Below are positions 1 through 10,867 of a stretch of 22,711 bases of DNA, one piece after another. This DNA comes from Dimargaris cristalligena (taxonomy: Eukaryota). The notes beneath the pieces were generated by a model. The model saw nothing but the letters and a program-made list of their open reading frames with translations, was not told the origin of the DNA and searched no databases. The first letter of the stretch is position 1; each line of letters opens with the position of its first letter. Location of the stretch: NCBI GenBank assembly GCA_003614675.1, contig ML002217.1, positions 62,001 through 84,711 on the forward strand. Reading direction: 5' to 3'. Position numbers and translations under genes: made by a program.

Positions 1-1250
1 GGTCGCGAGGGGGAACATACAATTTATAGTGGCTATACTACCCAACAACGACGTTCACCCTCAGGCCAAATGAGCGACGCGGGAAGGTGGGCAGAGGTCG
101 GGTTGAAAAAAACGGTATAATAGGAGAGGCCAACCGGGTAAGCTACTTACGTTTCAAGCAGCTATAAGCATGCACTGTATACAAAATGGATTAAAAGGTA
201 TTGCGAATAACACAAATAGTGGAAAGAGAGAACAAGGGGGAAAGCGGGGAACGAAGGAGCGGAACATGCAAATATGGGGCTTGGAGCAGGCATTATTTAT
301 CCGTCGATTACAGAAGTGTCTGGAAGGGGGTGATTGGTGAATGCGCATATATTGGTAGATTTCGCGGGAATGTTGGGGGGGTTAAAAAATAATGGATTTG
401 GACTTGAGAGAGAGGCCCCCTTGGTTCAGGGATATAATGTATCGCAGCAATACTGCACACACTGCGCTTGTCCCTGGCTCTCCCGGCAGCTATAACGCCA
501 GTATCACTGTGACCACCCTGCAACCGGTGGGGAGGGGGATAGAAGTACCACCATTGGGGGAGAGGATAATGGCCCCCAGGCTAATTACCCTCACCACATC
601 CGTATTATCTATTTGTCAGTGTTTTGTCATAGATAGACTGTTAAGCATACGTGGGTTAGTTTCTTATCCCCACTAATCCTACTATACTGGTATATTGTTG
701 GAAGAACCCTGCGGAGCCCCTCTCTATAAGTCTATTTTGGTGTGACATTTAATGCCGATAAAATATATGCCCGGCTGACCTAACCCAACTTTTGTCAACC
801 TGGTCCCAGAGCTGTCAAAAAACCACGCATGTGACAAGGGGGAGGGGTTCACTACTGTGGTTGCTTAATTATGATGCTCGGCAACTCATGTGATTACAGA
901 ATTACACCCTTTAATCTAAAGTGCCCCTTAGTTCAGTGGAATTACGGAAATCGGCGTAAAGCGGTCAACCATAAGGTAATTACTTTAATTGGCCAGGCTA
1001 ATTTATAATAGGTTAACTACGCTGAATACGGAGAGCCCCGTCCAAGTAAATTATATGTTAAACCTTATCTCCTTGGTGGGTCAGTATTGGCAGGGTAAAG
1101 ACACGTAGCTTGGGTATTTTTACATTTGCACAGGATTAGAAACCATAAATAGCCGGGTCGGACTTTTACTATGTGTGTATTTCGATCTTAAGGCCAATTG
1201 TGGTCTGTGAAATCACTAAAGTTTAGAAAGATTGGCACTATGGGTGCTTA

Positions 1251-1958
1251 TGTATTGCTGCTTAGTGCAGGATTAGGAGGAAGTTAAATGCTTATCGATT
1301 TCTTACCACACTTCATCAATTCCAAAATTATGCATACTACTCTGAAACGGACGTCGCCATCGGGCCCACTACCTCACGTCAATTAGTATCTCTGAAACCA
1401 TGAGAGGAAACGGCTCCACTAGCGGTGAGATGAGAAGCACCAGTGGAGCATGGTCAATTCCGGAGAACTTGTTGCCGGAAATCACATAGCCATTAACAAA
1501 GCCGTTCATTCTTAGGTTTTGCTTTTTGAGTATTTAAACCCGCCTGTTCTGCTCCTAAGTTCGGGAAGCGACCTAGTTTGCATTATTATTAAATTCTTTA
1601 CTGATGAATTCTTCTAAAAAAAATATTATTTTGAAAACCCCAGTTATCTGAACAATTTATTTAAAGACTATTGAAGAGTGAGAACGAAAAGTAGCCATGG
1701 TCCTCGTATTCATATATTTTGACTGAAGAAAAGCATTTTTTTTTAAATAATAGTTTATTTTCCCGTATTCATTCAAATATGTTCCGCTTCAAGTGTCCAT
1801 ATGCTGGAAGCCCAGAGGCATCACCCTCACCGCCTCCATCCCGCCCTCGCTCGCCGTTAGAGCGGTTGGTCCAGCTGACCTCCTCGTCGCGACCCGGTGC
1901 ACCTCAACCCGGCGGGGCAATACTAAACCCTCCTGGATCCCCGGGCTGCCTCAATACA
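1251..1958 (+). repeat. Left arm of long inverted repeat (pairs with 2989-3738)
   Basis: 1251-~1517 vs revcomp of ~3467-3738 shows about 11 substitutions and 3 small indels (~94%). 1545-1958 still aligns at roughly 65-70%, e.g. ttttgaaaaccccagttatctgaacaatt vs ttttaaaacccgagttatttgaccaatt, and cctggatccccgggctgcctcaataca vs cccggatccccggaccacctcaatgca. Confidence 0.93.
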
Positions 1959-2041
1959 AGTGGTGTTTAAAAGCAGTGAGACCAGGGGCGGTCAAGTAGC
2001 GGGAAGAAAGGGCCCAGGAGAACATAGACGGGATTTCGAGT

Positions 2042-2467
2042 TTAGGCCTTGACAGCGAGTTTGCTGTCGGCCTTGATCTTCTTGTTCTTCAGCTTGGCGA
2101 AGGCGAGCTTCTGGTTCTTGAGCACCTTGGCATTGGTGCGGCTGTTGGTGGCCCGGATGCTGGGGATGTAGCCGAAACCACCGAGGCCTCCCGCACCCCC
2201 GTAACCGCTGGCACTACCCGCGCCGCCGTGGCCCCCGGAATAGCCGCCATCGAAGTCACGGCGCACTAGGTAGCCATAGGAGTGGAAGCGGTCGTCGTGG
2301 CCGTCGAACCAGGCGCGGCGTTCGACGTAGTTATTGTAGTCGTCATCAGCGGGCTCGTAATCACCGACCAGAGGGGAGCTGTCGTCGAAGGTGTCATCCT
2401 GAGCGCGCACCACGGAGAGGGTAAGGGCGATGGCCAGAAGGGCAACGGAGGCAAACTTGAACTGCAT
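2042..2467 (-). CDS. Small secreted protein, 141 aa: signal peptide, acidic segment, two dibasic (RR) sites, Gly-rich tract, Lys-rich C-terminus; probable peptide precursor
   Basis: ATG in AAAATG context; hydrophobic signal MQFKFASVALLAIALTLSVVRA|Q; strong GC3 codon bias; intronless ORF; TATAAAA ~160 bp upstream. Family not recognised. Confidence 0.88.
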   Translation of the reverse strand: MQFKFASVALLAIALTLSVVRAQDDTFDDSSPLVGDYEPADDDYNNYVERRAWFDGHDDRFHSYGYLVRRDFDGGYSGGHGGAGSASGYGGAGGLGGFGYIPSIRATNSRTNAKVLKNQKLAFAKLKNKKIKADSKLAVKA

Positions 2468-2624
2468 TTTGCGGGAGTTGGGGAGGCGGTACGAGATGGC
2501 TAAAGAAAGCAGAGGGAGATGAGAAGGTAGCGATGGCTGTTGACACTGGCTAGTGGTGGAGGTGAAGAGGCTTGGAAAGATGTAGAAGCTGCTGAATAAC
2601 TCTGGAGGGGCGCCAGTAGCCGGG

Positions 2625-2631
2625 TTTTATA
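2625..2631 (-). promoter_or_regulatory. Putative TATA box of the secreted-protein gene
   Basis: TATAAAA on the minus strand ~160 bp upstream of the ATG at 2467, followed by a pyrimidine-rich leader. Confidence 0.55.
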
Positions 2632-2988
2632 GAAAGTGGGAGTCCAGCAGTAGACCTCATTCTTGGTCAATATGGGAGCCTCCTGGGCCTAATCCTCGAC
2701 AACGGTCTGTAAGCGGTGAATTGGTGAGACTTATTTGGGCCCAGAGATATGCGATACCAGCTACTGAATCAAGGATTTATCTTCTATAACTATTTATCAG
2801 GTATAAATCAATCACCCAACTCCTATCTAATGTATAGTCGCTTGCTGGGTGCGAAATACAAGAGTCGGGACTTTAGGTCTAGTGAGCAGCGTGCCTGATA
2901 AATCCAAGTGACTGCTACAGTCCTGTGATATAATAAGACTATCCAGCTGTGATTGGCAGTTCAAGGACCATTAGCAGATTGGGGGAAG

Positions 2989-3738
2989 TGCATTGAGGTG
3001 GTCCGGGGATCCGGGAGATTTCGGCGTGGCCCTGTCGGGTGGAGGCACACCGGACTGCGACGGGGAGGCCGGTCCAAGTAACCACTCCATCAGGGAGTGA
3101 GGGCGGGACCAAGGTGGCGTAGGGAACTGTTCATTAGGCGATACGACGTACGAGATTGTATGGTGGGTGATGCGGCGCATTGGGGACCGTGGAGCGCAGC
3201 GTAATCAAAAGAACACCAGTAAAAATCAATTATAACCAAATAAAAATGCCTTGTTCAAGTCAAAATGTACGGGTTCGAAGACCGTGGCTACTCTATATTT
3301 TCGCCCTTCGACGGTCTTGTTAAAAATAATTGGTCAAATAACTCGGGTTTTAAAAGATGGTTTAATCAGGAATAGTCAGTCGGTCGAGTATTCAAAATTG
3401 ATATAAACAGGGTCGTTACTTGAACATATGGACTTAATTGGCGGGGTTAAATATCCGAATAGCAAGACCTAAGAATGAACGGCTTCGTTAATGGCTATGT
3501 GATTACCGGCAACGAGTTCTCCGGCATTTGACCATGCTCCACCGGCGCTTCTCATCTCACCGTTAGTGGAGCCGTCCCCTCTCATGGTTTCAGAGATACT
3601 AATTGACGTGAGGTAGTGGGCCCGATGGCGACGTCCGTTTCAGAGTAGTATGTATAATTTTGGAATTGATGAAGTGTGGTAAGAAATCGATAAGAATTTA
3701 ACTTCCCCCTCCTAATCCTGCACTAAGCAAGCAATACA
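2989..3738 (-). repeat. Right arm of long inverted repeat (pairs with 1251-1958)
   Basis: Reverse complement aligns to the left arm; high identity over 3440-3738 and diverged identity over 2989-3439. Confidence 0.93.
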
Positions 3739-3762
3739 CTTACAAAGACTATGTCCGATAGT

Positions 3763-3770
3763 GTCACGTG
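3763..3770 (+). promoter_or_regulatory. GTCACGTG E-box (Cbf1/USF-type bHLH site), possible WDR5 promoter element
   Basis: Exact GTCACGTG ~630 bp upstream of the WDR5 ATG; the same 8-mer occurs at 18074-18081. Motif match only. Confidence 0.25.
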
Positions 3771-4094
3771 ATCTATATATTGCCAAAGGGCAGTGGGTTC
3801 TCTACAGGGGGAGCACAATACTGGAAAGGTTGTTTGAATTAAATATTTTTCGAGGAACGGGAGATATGCGTGTGTATAAAGTCATCTCCCCCCCGGTACT
3901 TTAACTATATCCCTAATGTGCCTAGGATAGAAAAAATGATATACCATTTTCGAGGTGGAGAAGGGGCGGGTAAATTAGTCGAAGCTATCGTTATTGATAC
4001 AACAACAGACCTCTAGGTCGTTGAATGGCCTAACCCAGAGGACGGATATAGTTTTGCTCATCCGTGGAAGTCCCTGGACAATTGGCATAACTGA

Positions 4095-5796
<1,702 letters not shown>

Positions 5797-7985
5797 AGGA
5801 AGCGTGTGTCTAATCGACTTTATATATATAAAGTATGTGTTTGCTATACGGCCATTTCGCTGACCCACTCACTATTCTACTTTACTTGTTTCTTTTTTTA
5901 TTTTATATATGTTCCTTTCTTTAGTGTATATATACATACCGAGGTTTTTTTTGTGGATGCCCCTACGGGCTTACTGATTAACCAACCTGCCATCTGTCGC
6001 CAGCATGCGACCTCCCCCTCCTATTTGTTTAATTTATACCACCATTTCTACCAGCCTCCCTTCTTATATTTCGACATTGCCTTTTGCTTTTAATTCACCA
6101 ATACCAATCAAAGTACTATGTACACCTGGCTTTGGGTTATATTGTGATAATTTAGTGCGATGCCACACTGACATGTTCGGCCAATTGTCAAGCCTTGAGG
6201 GGAAGGGTCAATGGGATTGAATGTCGTAAATCAAATAGAGAAGAACGGGCTATTAAAACATGCACATCCATTCATGCTGGGGAGTGCCCCCATGGGCTTG
6301 GAGAAGGGGATATACATTACGCCGAATACATCATTAAGGTCATCAGCCTAATGCCGTATCGCCTGTGCGAATCTTTTGCTAATTCACCTGTAAATTTCAG
6401 TCAATCACCTAGAGTGAAATGGGGTATTGAAGTGTGTTGGCAATCCCAGAAATTACGGCAAGTCTTAGAATAATATTTATGGCACTGACTGGGGTGTTCC
6501 GGGCCATGGTCTATACAGTGAACACCCTCCTTGAAGGCGATTACCAATGAGGAAACAGTTCGCCAGTGGGCCTTTTACCCAAATGTGGATGCGACAGGAG
6601 GTCTTATTTCCCAGAATGTGTTAAGCGGAGTTTAATGGAATATGTTATCTAATTTATGTACTTTGCGTGAATGAGACGTGGAAATAAGAATAAAGTGATC
6701 AACAAACGCCGTGTATGGTGGACGCACAGAGAGATTACTGGGAAGCTTGGAAGTTGATGGAAGTATTGCAAGGAAAAGGGTGTATTTGGGAAACAAGGAT
6801 TACAGTGGCCAATAATGATGAACGTAAATGCAAAACAAGACAAAATAAAGTAGGTGAGAAACCCTTTTGAGGGCCAGCATTAATAAACTAAGACGGATAG
6901 ATAGACAGGGGACGGGAAGGGCGGTGCAGATGGTGGAATAGACAGGCCAGGGCCGATCATTGGATGACGTTCAAAGGAAAACATAAATGGAATTTGGCAC
7001 TTGGGATGCGCAAATCCCGGTATTGACATGGCAATATCGGTTCTATTCGTGTGGAAATCGTAGAATCCGATGCACCGAGCATGATCAAACTCCCTCAGTA
7101 AAGGAAACCTAGGGCGTTTGTTGATAGATCAATGTAGGAAGAGAGGAGAGAACCTCCCAAAATGGATATTGAAGGAGTGTGACGATGTGAGAAATCAGGC
7201 AGAGCTGAGAAAATAGGCCAAGGTACGTGGGTTGGTGGTCCATATGGGTCAATGGTGAAACAATGGTGATTGGAAACCCGTAAAGTCATCACAATTTCAC
7301 TAGAACATGAGAAGAACCAGCCTAATTAAGCGAAAGAATTGGCAGTGCAATGAATACGGCCACGATCACGGGAGCTGTGAATACCTTCGGCAGTGCGCCG
7401 CTGTGGGAGTATAAGGGCGGATGGGTATCAATAGTGTATTGTGCTATTTTTTTCTCTTTCTTTGAAGTAGGGAGATATCGAATATCGTACACAACATGTC
7501 GCTAGGGAATGACAAATCGCCTGCTTGTGCTACTGTTAGCTGAGGTAAACTTGTGGCCAGCTGAAATGAAAAATAATTTGTCAGACACCCAAGGATTACC
7601 AGCACTCACCACCACTCCCACCTCCTCACTCGTCCGCCTACAATGGAGATACAAATACGAGGCACTGTGAGGACGAATGGCGAACGGAAGGAGAGGGGGG
7701 ACTGACACATGTATGATAAATGTATAGAAATATAAAAATAAACTGAAGGACGAAAATCATAAGCGAGAAGGTTATGATCGCCCCCGCCAGCTATTCACTG
7801 ACTCGTCGTTGCTAAATTACATAGGAAAAGGGGGGCGACTGCAGGAATTAAGAGGAATTAAACCAATGGAACATTCTAATAGAGAAAGAACCTGATATAA
7901 AATAAGAATAAAAGCCGAATAGGGGTTAAATAGCGTGCGTATAAGGTGTATGGTGAGCGGAAAAAGAAGAAGAAGTGAAGTAAGA

Positions 7986-9507
7986 TTAGTAGCCGGCCTG
8001 GGCGGGGATTTGAAAGCGAGCAGGAACGGGATTGTGCTGCCAGCGACCAGCATGCTGACGGTCGTGGTGCTGCTGCTGTTGTGGGGGGTGGGTTTGGTGC
8101 GGGCGCTGGTGGTGCAATGGTTGTTGCTGCTGTTTCTGTTGTTTCTGCTTCTGCGGATTGGAATGGGGGCGGTTAGGCAGGGATTGTTGACGGACAACCT
8201 TGGCCAGAGAACCCGACGCAGTGGAAGCGGGCCTAGATTGGTGAACGGGACGAGGGACGTACCGCTGTTGTTGCTGTTGCTGGTGTAACTGGGCCTTTTT
8301 GATTTGTGCGGCCTGAAACTCAGCCAACGAGAGTCGGTGGGGGTGGGACGATGCCATCTGGTGGTTCTGCGGAATATTAGTAATACGGGGAGTAGAAATG
8401 ACGGAGTTGCAGACTGACGAGGCAGGCGACCATTTTTTCTGGGACATTTGCTGGTGGAGCTGTTGTTGTTGTTGCTGCTGCTGCTGTTGCTGGTGGAGTT
8501 GGAAGTGCTGTTGTTGAAGTTGGAGCTGTTGTTGCTGTTGCTGTTGCTGCTGCTGCTGCTGAAGCTGAAGGTGTTGCTGCTGTTGCTGGAGTTGCATTTG
8601 TTGCTGCTGTTGCTGGTGAATTTGCTGGGAATAGCGCGGAGTTTGGGGCGGGGTTACAATCGAAACCCGGCTAGAGCTCCGACTGGGGGAGATGCGGGTA
8701 GGCTGGGTAGTCGGCGGGGTGTCCAGGCAGTACGTCCGGTAGCTCTTGGCCTTTTCCTGGCGGGACATGGGTGGGGAGTCCTGGGGATAATAGACTGACA
8801 TGGCCCGGCGCGGCAGGGTTTGGCTGCGGTCATTCCGGCTGGTCGGGGGAGTGGGCGCGTGGGGCAAACTGGGAGGAGTTAGGGAGTGTCCCGCGTGATA
8901 GCGATTGAAATCAACGGCGCTAACGGGGCGGATGAGGCCGGTTCGAATGGGGGTGCGTGGGTGGAGAGGTGGTTAAGTTATTGGTGGTAGACGCACGCCG
9001 CTGGCGGAAGGAGGGGAGGGGGTGCAGAGGGGGGGCTCCACTAGGACTCGACGCGCGTGACGAAAAGAGGCCCGAAGCACCACCTCCACTGGCATTACTG
9101 ATCAAAGTAGCCTCGGTAGCGGCCGATAGGGAGGAGTGGCGGAGGGACCGGCGGCGATGGGTGTTGGCCGATATGCCTTCGCTGGACGGCCGTTCGCAGG
9201 GTGCTTCAGCGTATGAAATATGATTGGACATACGCCGCGACTGTTTCAGCCGGTCGAAGTACTGCTGCTGCTGGCGGATCAGCTCCAGGTTGCCTTGACC
9301 CGTTGGGGTAGCAGTGGCGGTTGACGACGACGACGATGTGGTGGAAGACATGGCCGACAGGGTCGCGGCTTTGGAAGTGGGTTTCTTCTCCGGGTCGGAA
9401 GCGGACCGGGGCCGGGGGGAGGCGGAGCGACGCTTGGTTAGGATGGACTCCCATTTGGCCCGGCCAGGACCCTTACCCTTCTTGTCGCTGGAGTACAGAT
9501 TACCCAT
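7986..9507 (-). CDS. Low-complexity Ser/Pro/Gln-rich hypothetical protein (~506 aa if joined) with N-terminal MGNLYS myristoylation-like motif; two ORFs joined by a +1 frame break near 8920-8973
   Basis: The ORF from ATG 9507 (MGNLYSSDKKGKG...) stops at 8920. The second frame is open from ~8973 (..PIRTGLIRPVSAVDFNRY..) to TAA at 7986 and holds the polyQ tracts. Both halves share RRxS/RPxS-rich composition. Removing one base from the C5 run (G5 at 8949-8953 on +) fuses them. Confidence 0.7.
8448..8627 (-). repeat. CAG/CAA trinucleotide repeat encoding a polyglutamine tract (45 Q in 60 codons)
   Basis: Direct translation QQIHQQQQQQMQLQQQQQHLQLQ12LQLQQQHFQLHQ11LHQQ. Confidence 0.95.
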
Positions 9508-9689
9508 GTTACGAGGTCCAATGCAGCAAAAGGTCCACGTAGGAATAGGAATGCGGAAGACCGATGGCGGGGGGGGGAGGATAATAAGAGGACTGGAGTG
9601 GGAAAGTAAGGAAGACAAAGAACTACGTTGACGGTGAACGTGGGAGGGGAGGGTATATGCACACCTATATATGCACTTTTATATATGCA

Positions 9690-9693
<4 letters not shown>

Positions 9694-9729
<36 letters not shown>
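9694..9729. repeat. (TA)18 microsatellite, preceded by ~3 imperfect copies of TATATATGCACTTT (9654-9693)
   Basis: Read directly from sequence. Confidence 0.95.
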
Positions 9730-9731
<2 letters not shown>

Positions 9732-9958
9732 TATCCGTATCTATTGAACGGGTTCTTCTGACGTTTAGCACCCAGGCAAATGACGGAGAGTGGGAGTGTA
9801 TATTATAATAGTAGGGGATATTTTGAAGTGAATGGAAAGCGAAACCCAGGGCGTATATATAGATAAAGAGCGACGCAGGAGGAGATAAATGGGAGGGACC
9901 AGGGAGGGCTACGCAGGTTGAAATGAATGGGACGGGCCAGCACCACGCAGCGGGAGCC

Positions 9959-9962
<4 letters not shown>

Positions 9963-9990
<28 letters not shown>
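9963..9990 (+). repeat. (AC)14 microsatellite
   Basis: Read directly from sequence. Confidence 0.95.
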
Positions 9991-9991
<1 letters not shown>

Positions 9992-10867
9992 ACACTCTAA
10001 CGATTGGGAATGGTTACTAATACCAAAAGCAGATGATGATATAAAGGGGGGGAAATGCACCAGAGAAGCTGACGTCGGCCAGTGGGGCGCGATAGTGGGG
10101 GCTTTATAAAGCAATCCGGAGAGAGAGAGAGGAGAGAAAAAAACGCAGTGTGGCGGCCAATACCACCCGGACAGGACGAAGTATAAGAATAATAATAGAG
10201 AGAGGCAGGGGTGTGGTACACATATACACAATATCGCCACACAGAAGGATTAGAGAGAATGAGCGGGCCAAGCGAATTCGAATAACCACAATAGCAGCAG
10301 CGGCGATCGTTGGGGCGAGGGCGCTATATATATATATCATACAATAATAGCCCCGCCGCCTATTATCTCTCTCCTCACTCGCCATTTGGCTGCCTTTGAC
10401 CACTGCAAAGTTCCCGATATGAAAAGGGGGCAGTCGGCTATTTGCAGCGAGGGGGGGGGTTCTCTCCAACTACCAAAGGCTGTGAGATTATGAGAATCCC
10501 CGCACCTCTTTGTACATTATATATATATCTATATCTATCTACCTACTATGCAAATGTAGGGGCGGCGGCCATTCACATCCCCCAGCCTAGAGGTATGCCC
10601 ACTTTTCTCCTTGGCCACGCGGGGTCTCATTGATACCTTGTCCTACACATGTCCCGTAGCCTTGGGTGGGGGAGGGTTGTTATATGGAAGACTCCTCCCG
10701 CTTTCTTACTCCTCCACACTTTGGTATGGCTCCCTCCTATTACCACTCTACTAATCAGAATAAGCGGGGGCATAATCTATTGGGCACGCTGGGCCCGTTG
10801 TACGATACTATTCGTTGGCTTATCCTTTCCTGCTCACTCCACCAGAACAAACCATCGCGAACCTGCA

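Larger units (their letters stand above)
1251..3738. mobile_element. Non-autonomous long-TIR DNA transposon-like element (TGT...ACA ends, 4-bp CTTA target-site duplication) carrying a small secreted protein gene
   Basis: The left end TGTATTGC(T)GCTTAGTGCAGGATTAGGAGG at 1251 is the reverse complement of the right end ...CCTCCTAATCCTGCACTAAGCAAGCAATACA ending at 3738. CTTA lies immediately outside both ends (1247-1250 and 3739-3742), and similarity stops there. No transposase ORF is visible inside. Confidence 0.8.

Noticed and set aside
1719-1970. ORFs 1719-1970 (+) and 2971-3180 (-) as a pair of real paralogous genes
   Set aside because: Their similarity is explained by the inverted repeat. 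About 70% nucleotide but only 21/45 amino-acid identity shows no synonymous bias, and their N-termini do not correspond.
5806-7708. Numerous 60-95 aa ORFs between WDR5 and the polyQ gene
   Set aside because: Mostly non-ATG starts, AT-rich, no codon bias and no recognisable motifs; consistent with UTR/intergenic DNA.
7935-8798. Poly-Leu 'membrane protein' ORFs on the + strand (7935-8288, 8448-8798)
   Set aside because: These are antisense shadows of the CAG/CAA polyQ codons of the minus-strand gene.
10101-10112. Palindromic GCTTTATAAAGC as a bidirectional TATA box
   Set aside because: It lies 600-750 bp from either candidate ATG and the plus-strand gene is itself uncertain; not supportable without TSS data.
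9679-10469. ORFs with CVCVCV / YIYIYI / THTHTH tracts
   Set aside because: They are translations of (AC)n and (TA)n microsatellites in a promoter or leader region.
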